63,983 bases of DNA, filler included, from Saprolegnia diclina VS20 (GCF_000281045.1; 6 parts of 2 records of this genome joined end to end with filler, not necessarily neighbours in it); one strand, 5' to 3'; counted from the whole stretch's first letter, positions 13,301 through 25,635 are shown. A program made the numbers and translations. The notes: generated by a model not told the origin, from the letters alone.

Positions 13301-14232
13301 GCCTCGTGAACATTGAGGAGGCGAACGAGGTGGTAGTCGGGGTACGCCTTTTCCAGTAGCCAGCTCTCATGAAGCAGCGTGCGGCTCGGCTTGGCTCTGT
13401 CATACGTGTACATTTGGAGGTCCTTGGCCGACTAGCGTAAGGGCTGATAGATGCGACTTTGTGATCGTAGATGTAGGTGGCAGAGGACGTACAGCTTCGA
13501 GTCGAATGCCGTGGTGCGCACCGGCTCGTAAAAGCAACCGCACGCACTCATCGTGGCCACGAGCGCTCGCAAATGCGACGGCGGTCTCGCTCGACTAGAA
13601 CAGCGTTTATAAAACAAAAGATCGATATACCAGGTAGGTACGTCGCGCATGGTAAGGTTGACGTTGAGTTTGGACTGCTGGAGCAGCAACGCCAAGAGCC
13701 CATCGTTGCCAGCGTCGCACACATGATAGAGCACCGTGTGGCCCTAACGACGTCCGTAAAGACAGGAAATGGACGTGTACGCACCTTGGCATCGTACTCG
13801 TTGATGGTGCTGATATCGTTTGAAGCTTCCAGCCGACGCTCGAGCTCACTCCATTTTCGCTTCTCGGCGAGCTGGGGCAAGGTGGTGTTGCTCAACTGGC
13901 TCGTCTCGGAGCAAACACCGGTGCACGTGAGGGGCTGCGTGCCTTGCCGTGGGACCGACGCCTACAAGAAGCTTCCAATGTGCTAGCCTTCGTGTTGTCC
14001 TACGCTGGAGACAAAGTCGAGAGCCACCATTTTCTCGCGCGTTAGGACGTGCATGACGCGCAGAATGGCTGCGTTTGTTGCATCATCCAGGTTGGCGTTG
14101 CACACAAGGTCCTTCTCCAAGAGGCAGTCGAGCACAGTTCGCCCGTTCTACAGACTTGGCTTACGGCCGCTTGCCATGGAAACGTACCTTGTCCTGCACC
14201 ATCAACGATGCCGTCGAAGCGTGCGGAAGGAG
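10351..14232 (-). CDS. Ankyrin-repeat TRP-like cation channel, paralog B (multi-exon, 5' end truncated by gap)
   Basis: The 700-aa ORF 10351-12453 is homologous to paralog A (pore GQSFMTTYFVAFGQ, S6 LLNVLLALMNQTV). Ankyrin exons lie at 12850-13900. The exon at about 14000-14147 (NGRTVLDCLLEKDLVC) matches paralog A GERTIVGCLLQKGLVC. Confidence 0.85.
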
Positions 14233-14332
14233 NNNNNNNNNNNNNNNNNNNNNNNNNNNNNNNNNNNNNNNNNNNNTTAATTAATTAANNNNNNNNNNNN
14301 NNNNNNNNNNNNNNNNNNNNNNNNNNNNNNNN
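14233..14332. other. Assembly gap with artificial six-frame-stop linker TTAATTAATTAA (same structure at 35398-35497, 59861-59960, 61541-61640, 62858-62957)
   Basis: Identical N44-TTAATTAATTAA-N44 structure occurs five times. Confidence 0.98.
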
Positions 14333-14802
14333 GCGAGCTCAACCAAGCCAGGCATCACTTGTCCAAGCTCGCAACCGACGACTGTAAATCGTACCTCGTA
14401 CGCGCATCCCGATGGTGGACGGCATGATGTGCTGCCGGCCGATGAGCTCCAGCACGTTGAAGCGCTGTTGGCAGCCGACGTTCAACACCCATTTAGTATA
14501 TAAGACTCACTTAGTAGGTCGCGTCTTTAGTGTGGATAAAGATTTCACTCGATTTCATATCATATCTCTCGCAGGCGGCAAAGCAGTCGGACAAGCTCAC
14601 GATGACCTCACTATGGCCGACGGCGATACACCATTGTTGCCGAAGCGGACCGCCATGACACGAACGCCGTCATGGACCTCGCCTCGGTCGGCACCGGACT
14701 GTAGATCGTACTGCGTCACTCCATGCAAAGACAACGTGGTCAACAGATTGATGCAGTGGTGCGCACCCCAGTAGACTAGTATGTTTTCGACTAGAAATAG
14801 CT

Positions 14803-15915
14803 TTACTTTGCCTCAAGAGCCATGTGGATGGCGACCGTAAGCACCATAAAGGGCGCATTCGAGCCGACCCGGGGGAGAATCCCGCGGAGGAAGCCGCGCG
14901 CGCCTTCTCGTGCATGAATCTGGCGCGCAGCGTCCCAGAACCCTTTGTACTGAAGAGCGAGAGGCTGCTTCGCCATCGGCACCGTTGAGAGCGTTTGCGT
15001 CTGGAGCCGCGTGCGAATGACGTCGAGCGGGGTCGTGAGCGCACTCGCCTGCACCCGAAACAACACTATTAGTGCCAAAGCCGTCGGCAACGGTGGGACG
15101 TACGGCGATGCTGGTGCAGGCCACGATCGCAAACACCTTGTCCTCTTCCTCCAGAAAGCTGGGCATGTAGTCGGCAACCGCCAGCGCCGTGGCCCCGCCG
15201 ATCACGCTACATACGATGAGTTCTCACGGGTAGTCCCAAGTGCAAGCTCATGTAGTACGTGTAGGAGGACGTCAAGGCCAGCCCCGTCGGGAGGCTGCGA
15301 AAGAAGCCTCGGAGTCCTTCGTGCCGAAATACCTACAGGCATGTGGGATGCACGACGCAGTGGCAACTCATACCGAGCGCGCGCAGTCGACGGGGCCGGT
15401 GTAGTGTCCGAGCTGCAGGCGCTGCTTGACGACCTACAGATATCTTGAGTGACGTCAAAAGAAGAGCTGGACGTACCTCGGTCGGCGCCATCACCACTTC
15501 GTTCGCGAGGCAGCCCAAGACCATGACAGCAGTCGTAAATTGCATGTTTTCCACGCTAGGAACGGCGCCGTTCTCGGGCGTCGCCGTTTGCTTTTGGAGG
15601 TGCTCGGACCCGACTGCGATCGCGGCGCTCGAGACCAGTCCTGTGAGGGCCGGGCTCAGCCCGCGCAAGAGGCCTGGCGTCGTAACCAAGCGCAGAAATG
15701 TCTTGGGCGCAGCGACACGGTGGCTCTGCTGGTGGGTCTAGTACGTGTGAGATGCGATGCGCATCGTGGAAGCTATGGACCTTGAGCATGTCGAGCGGGA
15801 AGAGGGCCGTCGCCAAGGTGCACGAGACAGCGGTTGCCGTGGCGAAGCGCGCCAGCTCGTCCTTGGTTTGCTGCGTCATTTGGACGAGAGGAGAGGTCGA
15901 CGTTGAGTCCGTCAT
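14803..15915 (-). CDS. Mitochondrial carrier family (SLC25) protein, divergent, multi-exon
   Basis: Carrier signature PxD/ExxK/R in FPLDMLK|THQQ and TPLDVIRTRLQTQ, plus YKGFWDAARQIHAREGARGFLRGILPR. Confidence 0.85.
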
Positions 15916-16758
15916 TTTCGTTGCGCAATGATATGTGTCGGCGCGGCCATCTCGAAGTGAAGCGTGCACTTTCGCCATACTTCGACTAACCGAAGAACCG
16001 AAGCAAAATGGACCAATCTGAATCCGCTTCTCTGGCATGTCGCACCGATCGGCACACATTGCACTTTGACGCAGATCTTCCCGAGAGCATCCAACATTCT
16101 TCTTCAATCGACAATAACGTGGTCCTTCTTGTTGATGGAGCACGCAAATGTAGACAACTACACAGTGGAACTCAATATTACACATCAACTATCCACGTAC
16201 GACGAGACTGGGCGAGGACCCGTGGGGCACGGGCAAAATTCTCATTTTCGTCGATTGCGAGCTTCGATGGAGCTAGGTGCAAGCAATAACAAGCCACCAC
16301 CACCTACCTCTTCGGCGCGAGGTCATCTTTGAGTTGCTACTACTCCAAGGCGACGCAATCGTACAACCAACGGCGGTGCCACGGCGTTCACTCGAACGCA
16401 GCTCAGATGGCACAATCTGCAGCTCATTGATCAAGGTGAGACCCTACCGGTAACTCATTTGTGTCCACTGGAGGTTCAGAACGGCCTTGGACAGCATGTG
16501 GGCGTCCGAGGTGTAGTGTTCAGCAGCAACCGACTGCGACTGCAACTTTGTCACCTCCTGTTTTTGGCTCTAGTAGCTGATCGTATCGACCCCTTGTTAG
16601 ATCATTACCATCACTCTCGTTACAGATTGATGGTCTTTTCAGTGAGCTCCATCTGAGATCTGAGAGCCGTCGCCGAGTGCGATGCACGCCGCCTCGCTGC
16701 GCACATGTCCGCCAGAGGTACACAACATACACGATTGAGTAGTACGTCAGGAATGTGG

Positions 16759-18171
16759 CTACTGATCGTCGCTCGCGATGACGTTCTTGAGCACTTCAAA
16801 GGTCGTCCAGGACACGGCCACCGACGGCGCGTGGACGCAGACGCGGGGGCCAACGCCACGGAAGAACGCCTTGACGCCTTCCTGCTTGTAGATCTGCAGC
16901 ATCGCGTCCATGAGACCCCGGTACTGCAGACGCGGGTGTCCGTTGCTACTATGCTATCGTGTCATATCGCGCATGAGATCGCCTATTTCAAGATACGAAT
17001 TTGGTCGTCGTACGTGGATCTGGGGTTCGTTGACCCGGCACGACGACGGCTTGTCGAGCGAGAGGCCTTTGAGCTTCTGTGGGCACCCGCGCATCTAGTT
17101 CAGAGTCATCGTCGTGGACGCCGCCAAGTCGTGTACCGTCGACGGCTGGTCGAACGACAGCATCTGTGTCTGTAATCTCGTCTTGGCCACGTCCAGCGGG
17201 TTGGTCAAGGCGCCAGCCTATTGGCGCCGGTCAATATCCTTGCACCTGGCAGCGAAAGCAGCATACCACAGCACCGGCAATGGCACCCGAGAGGACGTAG
17301 GCGCCAACGTTGATGTCGCCTGACGGGTTGAGGACCTTCTTGATCGACTCGTTCGTCGACACCATGATCATGCTACATGCCATGAGAGACCAATCGACCT
17401 CGGGCGCTCTACCTGTAGGGAAGGTTCATGAAGAACGTAGTGGGAAAGCTAATGTACAACGCCCGAAGGCCTTCTTGCCGGATCATCTGCGCATGCACCA
17501 TGAGCACATCATGGCTGACCACGCAGAGAAGGAGCGTACCGTCTGCATGCAGTTGACGACGCCCGAGTAATAGCCCAATTGTAGGCGCTGCTTGATGACC
17601 TACGGTGCGCCAGTGAGCCATCGGGCTGCTGCGAACATCAACATCGACACGTACGTCCATCGGCGTCATGATGAGGTCGTGCGTGATGGTGGCAATGACA
17701 CCGGCCGCCCCTAATGCAGGCTACCACATGAGCAGTCCGGCGCGCACCAAGCGGCGCGTACCCGACTCGATCGGCGTGAGCTCGGCAGCGTCGGCGCCAA
17801 ACGACTTTTTGCACGCTTCAAAGACGGAAAAGTAGAGCGCATGGGCGGGCAGGCTTGCGCCGAGCATCGTGCTGACGCCACGGAAGAGGCGCAGCGGGCC
17901 ATCTTCGGCCACGAGGCGCTTCGCTGTCTGGAACGCATTCATGCGGATCGCGTTCGAGTTGACCGGGCAGCGCTGGCATTGCATGTGCGTCTGCGCCACG
18001 ACGAGATTGAGAGGAAGGAAGCGTCCATGGATGGCGTACCTTGATCGTGTCGATGGGGAAGATGGAGACGTGCTCGACGACGCCGGCGGCCGACCCGGCG
18101 AGCATGTGATGCACGAACGAGCCCTTCTCGGGCGTCCACTCTTCCCAGTCCTCGTCGACTTTGAAGTCCAT
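16759..18171 (-). CDS. Mitoferrin-like mitochondrial iron carrier (SLC25A37/28, MRS3/4 type), multi-exon
   Basis: HMLAGSAAGVVEHVSIFPIDTIK|THMQ, PAHALYFSVFE, HDLIMTPMDV and MNLP motifs typical of mitoferrins. Ends FEVLKNVIASDDQ*. Confidence 0.9.
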
Positions 18172-19226
18172 TTTGCCAATTGAGTGGTCCAAGCCATACC
18201 GAACGCACGCGAACGGCGATTCTCGAAGCCAGCCCGTTCATTTTGGCCAATCCAAACGCATTCCGGCGGTAAAAATCGGTGCCTGCAGCCAATCGGCGCG
18301 CGCCGAAGTTTCATCCGGCGTCCACATGCCATTAAAATACAACCAAAAAGCATCGTCGCATTCAGTGCAAAGCGAATAAAAGATATGGCGATCCAAGTTG
18401 AAACATTGTATTTTATTATGCAGTCCTCGAAGCGAACGACCCGAAGTTTCCTCAAACTCAAAGTCAAAGCGCGCACGTGGTTTATGCTGCCAACGACGCC
18501 CTTTGAGGCACCGGCGAAGTCATTTTCCAGCGTGATTCGGGTTGCCAAAGGCGAAGCCGTGACGAGGCGACCGCGCGCTGGCCCCGCCGCCCAATGATGG
18601 CACATGCGTCGACGCCGGCGCCTGTCGCCTGTCGACAGCCGTGCGTCAGCCCAGGTCCAGCGCGAGCCGGGTGTTGGGCGGGGCGGCGCCACCTCGCTTG
18701 TGTGACCATTAGCAATCCACCGCCTATAGAGCCCATAGCCAAGTCTGGCTCGCGCAGCTGTTGCAGCGGCGACCGCAGCTCGTGGCCAACGCAGCTAGCA
18801 GGGCGCTGTGGATGGATGCAGTAGCTTGACGTATCCTGATGTGCGCCCAAGAGTGTTGGCCGAACGGGATGGGCGGCTGCAATCCCCATACATTGTCGCG
18901 CGCATTGGGTGGTCGACGTCGTTTGAGGAACGCTGAAGTTCCGTCGCGGCCTCGGATTCGGTGTGTCCACGCGCCTCGCACGCGGCTGGTCCGACGCCAC
19001 CGACCTTGCGCCCTCCATCTGCTTCCTCGATTTCCTTCGTTGAAGGTCGGGCCACCTTCAACACGAACCGGTCTTTCATGGTCTAGCCGGTTACAAAAAG
19101 TACGCGACGATTCGGATGCCAAACCGATTGGCATAACCGGCTACGGCAACCGGTTGCGTATGTGACACGGGGTGTGAGAGGTGTTTCGTTGACGGCGCCC
19201 ACTTGCATTTCGCCACAGGATTGAAG

Positions 19227-20355
19227 ATGGCGACAACGTTGAACCTTGTTGGCGCGGCCGCGGCCGCCACGGCCATCGTCGGCGCTACTGCCCTCCGACT
19301 GAGCTTCGCGCCCGGCGACGAGCTTGCCGAGGACCGCCGTGCAGAGCCGCTGCTCGTCGAAGAGCTCGCGCTCCAGGCCAAGTACAAGTTTGAGGTCATC
19401 GACCTCCCCGTGCCGAGCTCGTCGTCGTCCGAGCCGATGAAGGTGCACACCAAGTACTACTACCCGACCACGGAGTCGCCCAAGGGCGTCATCGTGTACC
19501 TCCACGGCCTCAACTCGCACAGCGGCCGCATCACCGAGTTTTACAACCGCAGCCTCCGTGACGGCTGGATTGCTGGCATGATGGACTTTCGTGGCTTTGG
19601 CCGCAGCTGCGGCCGCCATGGCTACATCGAGAGCATCGAGACGCTTGCGGAGGACGCTGTCGCGTTCGTGCAGGCCACCAAGGCCAAGTTCCCGGACCTC
19701 AAGCTCTTCGTCCTTGGCACGTACGGCGTCTCTCTCTGCACCGTAGTATCCTGCTCATGGGGTTCTGCATACTAGGTCCATGGGCGGTCTCACGCTCCTG
19801 CATGCGACCTTGAAGATGCCGCCGGGGCTCGTCGAAAGCTACATCTTCCATGCGCCGCCGGTCGAGATTTCGAAAAACGTGCTGCCGCCCAAGATTGTCG
19901 AGCTTGTGGGCCGCGTCCTGCTTTCTCTTGCGCCCAAGCTGCCGCTGCTCAAGCCCCATAGTGCACATAGCAACTCGCCGTCGCAGGAAGCGCTCGTGCA
20001 CCACTCCAAGCTCGTGGACCCCAACTTTTACCAGGGCCGGCTGCGCATTGGCACGGCGTACGCGATGCTGAACGCGTCGCTCGCGATCGGCGACAAGCTG
20101 CACGAGATCACGGTGCCGCATATGCTCATCCACGGCACGGCCGACCGCGTCTGCGACATTGCCGGCTCGGAGCGGTGGGTGCGTCGCTGTTGCTCAAATG
20201 CTCATGGTTTTCGTAGCTTCTTTGCCACGTCGGGCGCCACGGACAAGCAGTTTGTCCGCATTCCCGACGGCCAGCACAACTTGCTTCAGGAAGAAGAAAA
20301 GTACTGGCATTTCTACCTCGATACGATTGCCGAGTACATTCAAGCTCGCATTTAA
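19227..20355 (+). CDS. Alpha/beta hydrolase, monoglyceride lipase / lysophospholipase type (Hydrolase_4)
   Basis: YLHGLNSH, DFRGFGRSCG, nucleophile elbow GTSMGG split by an intron (about 19721-19775), IHGTADRV (catalytic Asp) and GQHNLLQE (catalytic His). Hydrophobic N-terminus. Confidence 0.92.
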
Positions 20356-20708
20356 AGCTCAATATGAATCGTCGACTTTGTAAGTGGCGTTGAGTTTCGC
20401 TGTTGGATTGAGTCTTTGCGTCACACACAACGATACGCACGCGGTGGGAAATGGCCCCAGCGACCTCGCGATACGGGCGCCCGTCATCCAACTCAAAGAT
20501 TCGAGTCGAGATTCTGAGTTATAGGTCGTTGCTATACTGCGCCATGGGATACAACATATTCTCATCGGAGTAGTGTAAAGGGGCGAGTATGGTTCATGAG
20601 CACCTGAAGTGAGATAGGTACCAGTGAAATCAAAGCCGGCCTTGTTTCGGTTGAGCCAAAGAGTGGTCCAGCTGAGCAGTCCTGTTCGATCGAGGCTGCT
20701 CATACCAG

Positions 20709-20746
<38 letters not shown>
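20709..20746. repeat. (TATC)n microsatellite, about 9 copies
   Basis: Perfect tetranucleotide run between two convergent genes. Confidence 0.95.
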
Positions 20747-20810
20747 CATCAGACTGCAGACAAGATGTGTGAGAAAACCTGATAGACGAATGGAATACAC
20801 TTTGTTTGCC

Positions 20811-21551
20811 TTAGACTTGGGCGATAAGAGCGGTCTCAAGACACGAACTCGAGGATCGATCGCACTCGACAGCGATATGCTGAACGAGCAGCAGCACCGC
20901 GGCGTCGACACCGGGCGCGACGTCGAGGTACGTGCAGGTGCCGGTCGGCGGCGGGCGGATCTTGGCAACAACGTTCTCGTTGCACGTGATGAGCATGCGT
21001 TCGGACCACGAGCCTTTGCACACGAGCGTGTAGCGACCGCCGCTGCCAGAGACGTCGCACGTGTACGTCGACCCAAAGTAACTCTTGCGCACGACAAGCT
21101 TGAGCAGCTCCGTCTTGGACTCGCCAGCGTAGACGTGGTACGTGGCGCGGAGGGCCACGAGTGCTTTCTTGATAGTGGCCAAAACCTCACGGCCATTGTC
21201 GCTCACCAGCTGCGCGGACGACGACAAGAGACCGCTCGACACACGCAGGCCGAGCTCTGTACCGCCCGTCACGGCGTTGACAAGGCCTTGCGGGGCGTTG
21301 ACAAACGTGGCGGTCTCTGTCGACACGTAGTGGGTACCCCGCCGAGCTTGGTCGGCACGAGCGGAATGGCTTGAAACTCTTGCAGCGACTGCTTGGCACC
21401 CATGATGATGGCGCGGAGGGTATTTGAAAATGAGCGTGGCAGCGGCCCGAGCTTTTTGCACGAGGTTGTTGCTGGAGGCTGGTTGACTGGAGTGGCAGAG
21501 TTGAGAGTCAACAGGATAGTATTCAGCGAGCTTGTCCGCTGGATTTCTCAT
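20811..21551 (-). CDS. LURP-one-related / Tubby C-terminal-like (scramblase-fold) protein; 5' structure uncertain
   Basis: Beta-rich ORF with GREVLATIKK, CKGSW, VVAKI and terminal YLDVAPGVDAAVLLLV, matching the V.PGVD.A motif of LOR proteins. Confidence 0.65.
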   Translation of the reverse strand: MRNPADKLAEYYPVDSQLCHSSQPASSNNLVQKARAAATLIFKYPPRHHHGCQAVAARVSSHSARADQARRGTHYVSTETATFVNAPQGLVNAVTGGTELGLRVSSGLLSSSAQLVSDNGREVLATIKKALVALRATYHVYAGESKTELLKLVVRKSYFGSTYTCDVSGSGGRYTLVCKGSWSERMLITCNENVVAKIRPPPTGTCTYLDVAPGVDAAVLLLVQHIAVECDRSSSSCLETALIAQV

Positions 21552-22079
21552 TTCGTCGGCAGAGGATGGGCAGCTTGATACAATGGAAATGTATCAAGCT
21601 GCTGCCAACAACCCCGTGCAACAACGCTGTGCGAAGGTGACATGGACTTTGAGAGATAACCACAGAGGGGACCACGGACGTAGTCGCTAGTACTCGTAGC
21701 TCGGTATAGCGAGGTTGTTGGTGGCGGGGATAATCTTGTGGATGTACACATTGTAGATGTGAATTGGATACACAGCCGTCGATGACATGTTTGTGCACTG
21801 TTGACACTAGGTCGCCGGGAGAGCCAAGCCCACCGATATGACATTCCTCTTGCACCAAGCACACAAGTGTTGTCCTATTGAATGAAAACGACGTCTGGCT
21901 TCATGACGACAGCACGCCTCGCCTTGATATCAAGTTGATACTCTGATAATATTGCGCGGGATTGTTGCGCGACGTTGTCATGGCTACACGTTGTGCGGTA
22001 CAATATTGTAAGGTCGTGTGACTTCAATTACGTGCATGTCCACCCAGGACCCAGATCTGGCGGCATGCCATCCATTCTC

Positions 22080-23284
22080 CTACGCCTCAAGCTCGGTCGT
22101 CGCGAGGGGCCACGGCGGCAGTGGCGCACTCAAAATGGCTCCGATGTCGGTGTCGTCCGTACGTAACGCGTTCTACAAGCATACAATAATGTCATGTAAA
22201 AGTCGTCCATGTGAACACCGTGTACATCAATGTCGCGTAAACACTCGTACAGCTCATTGCGCTCAGCGAGGAGGGACGCAATGTCCCGCCGGTCGTTGTC
22301 CTACCGGCCGTCATCGCCCACTTGCTAACACCACGCAAGAACACGCACCAGGATTTGAATTCGGCCATGGAGCTCGGCCTCCAACGCGATGTTCTACACC
22401 CTCTTGAAGCACCTAAGATGCATAGGTCGCTGCGTGTACCAGTCGCTGGAGCGGGCCTGACCACGGCGCTGGCTCGAGAGGCTTTTTGGCGCTGCGCAAG
22501 CTCGGTCGTTTGGTCGTCGATTTTGCGTGCAGTGCGTTGCGGAGGCTGGCGATGGCGACTTGCGCGTCCGTCATTGAGCGCACGGGCGGTGGCGCGTCAT
22601 TGTTGTTGCTCGTTGAGTTTTCAATAGTATGGTCGTCGTGGGACTCTGTCGAAATGGCGTCCGGAAAACTGGGACCTGCCGACTGGAACAAACCCTACGA
22701 ACCGCCACTCGTCGATACCTCTGTACGTGGGTCCTACGTTGCGCATGCTGAAGCGGGGCACGAGGTTCACGTTCACGTCCGCCTTGGGCTGCGCACTCAA
22801 AATTTCTTCGCGCCGCGCGTACGCATGGTAGCCGCGGGCCGCGTCCGGGCAGTTGCGATGGACATAGTCGTGGATCCAGTTGAGAAAATCAAAGTGTTCG
22901 TGGAAGATACCGCGCACGAGTTTTTTCATCGGGATTTCCTACAATTCCAGTGTCCAATATGTCGTGAACTGTGCGAGACTACCTTGCGCACTTGGCACGC
23001 GTCAAACGCTTTTTTGAGAATCCCGAAATTGCGCTCAAACTCGGGCTCGTACGTCGCGTGAAAGTTGACAAGGTGCAGCGCGACTTTGCCGGGGAAGACC
23101 ACGTCAAACACCTGACAGTACGCAATGCCGTCGGCGAGATGCTCGATCTTTGCGTGTCGTGAGCACAAAGCACAAAATGAGCAATGAAAACGACCTTGGT
23201 GTAGTCGGTCTCCAAAAACTCGTTGAGCCAGCTCAAGAGCTCGAAGCGGCCGATGCCCCGCGCCTTGAGCTTGCGAATCGCCAT
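22080..23284 (-). CDS. EB1/RP-like microtubule end-binding protein (CH domain plus divergent EBH-like tail), multi-exon
   Basis: GRFELLSWLNEFLETDYTKIEHLADGIAYCQVFDVVFPGKV...KLVRGIFHEHFDFLNW is an EB1-type CH domain. Inferred 3' exons give IALEAELHGRIQIL|DNDRRDIASLLAERNELYECLRDID, compared with EB1 ERDFYFGKLRNIE. Confidence 0.8.
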
Positions 23285-23880
23285 GGCGCCGGTTCAGGAT
23301 CCAAGTGCGCCAATGGTTCGCGCAGCTCTGTTCGGTGCAAACTCGATTTTCAAAATAAGATTTTGAATCTCGAGTTTAGCCCAAAAACCATAGCTACTAG
23401 TAGAACAGTTTGTGTTATGAACACAATTCATTCGGCACGCTGAGTCACTGGATACACTTGGTGTACCATCGTCGTTGGCGATGGGACGATCCGTGGCGAG
23501 TGTACCACGCCGTCGGAAGTTGAAGTTCACCAAATCCGACCCAGATGGTTTAAATTACGGGAAACTCGCGTATATTTGCACGCCTGGTCGAGTTAAGCCA
23601 GCACCAAGCGACGGCCCAGTCCGCCGTCCGTGCCGCGTCACCGGCACACCAATACTAGCGGGAAGGAAGACTAGCATCATCCATGCAGCTGCGCGTACGC
23701 GATGGCTGTGACCATGATGCCGGACCTTTCGCACATCGCGCAAGCTTCGCACCAATCCCACGCATCTGTATCGTATTTTTCTCGTATTTTTCCACTTTGC
23801 AGGGTTGGTAATGTCATTTTTACGGCTTATAAGTCCGTCATCGTTTGCCTGTCTTTGCCATTTGCGCACAATTCTTCACG

Positions 23881-25065
23881 ATGCTCTCGCAGCGCGTACT
23901 CGGTCTCTTCCTCCTTGTCACGCAGCTCGCTGCGTCCTATCTGACCAATGACGACGTCGACGCGGCGCTAGCGTGCCAATCAAGTGTCGCCAGCCCGATA
24001 GCGTCGCTGACGCCCGGGGCCTTTGCGACCAACGCCTTCTTCTCGTGCTTCCGGAACGAGTCGGAGACGATCGCCTTCATGGATGCAATGGCCGCCCGCG
24101 TGGCCAAGAACGTCGTGACCAAGTCCGAGGTCGCCACGTCGTACTTGGGTCGGCCGATCGTTGGGTACAAGCTGTCGCCGCCGGGCGCCTCTCCCCACGC
24201 CATGTACGTGCAGGGCCTCCTGCATGCGCGTGAGTGGGTGAGCAGCATGGCGGTCGTCTACCATGCCGCGATCCTACTCGACGCTATTGTCAGCAAGACG
24301 TCGACGACGCCCTACACGTGGTATATGGTGCCCATTGTCAACGTCGACGGGTTCCAACAGACGTGGACGACGCCCGAGCGGTACCGGCGCAAGAACATGC
24401 GGCCGGTGCCCGTGAACTTTCCGAGCATTCCCAACCAAGCCGAGGCCGGGGTCGACCTCAACCGGAATTGGGGCCCACTCGACAAGTTCAATCTCGACAA
24501 TGTGACCAAGTTTGACTTGACGTACCCGGGCACGGCGCCATTTAGCGAGCCCGAAGTGCTCGGGCTCCACACTTGGTTCCAAGCCCATACGGAGATCGTC
24601 GGCTACCTCGACATGCACTCGTATGCCGGCATGGTCTTGACCCCGTACGGCGACAGCAACGAGACGCTGCCGGCGCCCTACGCCTCGCGCTACGACGCGC
24701 TTGGCAAAACAGTCCAGGCCGCGGTCGCCAATGCCACTGGCACCGCCTACGACGCCAAGCCCGAGTGGTACCTCTACTTGTCCTACGGCACGTTCCAGGA
24801 CTACATCTTTCGCACATACCAAAAGGCCGCGATTACGTTTGAGCTCCATGGCGACGACTTTATCGTACCCGCAAGCACGATTGCCCTGCGCTGCCGCGAA
24901 GCCCACGCGGCGCTCACCGCGTTTGCTAGCAACGTGCCTGCTTTCTACGACGGCCTCGCGCTGCCCGTGACAAGCACTACGAAGAGCGTCGCCGCGACGG
25001 CGCGCCTCTCGCCGCTGTTGCTCGCCATCGCCTGCCTCTTCTACAGCCTAGGACTTTTTCGATAG
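23881..25065 (+). CDS. Secreted M14 zinc carboxypeptidase with hydrophobic C-terminus (possible GPI anchor), single exon
   Basis: Signal peptide, HAREW, VNVDG, RRKN, GVDLNRNW, FSEPE, DMHSY and ITFEL motifs, then a Ser/Thr spacer and LSPLLLAIACLFYSLGLFR tail. Confidence 0.95.
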   Translation: MLSQRVLGLFLLVTQLAASYLTNDDVDAALACQSSVASPIASLTPGAFATNAFFSCFRNESETIAFMDAMAARVAKNVVTKSEVATSYLGRPIVGYKLSPPGASPHAMYVQGLLHAREWVSSMAVVYHAAILLDAIVSKTSTTPYTWYMVPIVNVDGFQQTWTTPERYRRKNMRPVPVNFPSIPNQAEAGVDLNRNWGPLDKFNLDNVTKFDLTYPGTAPFSEPEVLGLHTWFQAHTEIVGYLDMHSYAGMVLTPYGDSNETLPAPYASRYDALGKTVQAAVANATGTAYDAKPEWYLYLSYGTFQDYIFRTYQKAAITFELHGDDFIVPASTIALRCREAHAALTAFASNVPAFYDGLALPVTSTTKSVAATARLSPLLLAIACLFYSLGLFR

Positions 25066-25635
25066 TGTACATATGAAGCCTAAGTGAGTTGTAATGCGCG
25101 GTGGTGCTCTGTGGCTCTTGCTCTTTGGTGATGTGGCCTGTATCTCCTGCGTGGCCATGCAACGTCGTCGCCGGCGTCGGTTCAGCGCCACGGTCGCAGC
25201 GGTAATGGCGTGCGTCGCCACGTGGTACGGCGGAACGCCGACGGTCGTCCGCGCGGTCGGCGCCGGTCGCTGGGCGCCGGTCCCACCTGTCGCGACCGAC
25301 GAAATATTTCACGCCCATGTAACACGACGCTGCAAAATACTGTATTTTTTAATACTCTGTGGCAACGCATAAGCATCGAATCGAACTTTGCGTGTTGCAA
25401 GCCGTTCGAAACCTCTGAGAGATAATACCTCGAACAATACGTAAACGAACGCAAGTCAGTCGCACGCCGGGTAGAGTAGTCCCATTATCCCGGGCGCTGA
25501 TTGGCCGCTGCAAAAGACACGGACCGACCGAGTGAGCTTACGCTGCTGAACACGCCAAGTTCCTCATCAGGTACGCCCATGCTGCGAGGTCGGCGGGTCG
25601 TCCTCATGCGTGTACCTTGCGTAGGACGACGTCTC

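Noticed and set aside
14277..14288. Palindromic TTAATTAATTAA repeated five times in the window
   Set aside because: Always centred in 100-base N blocks. It is an artificial contig linker with stops in all six frames, not a biological repeat or piggyBac target site.
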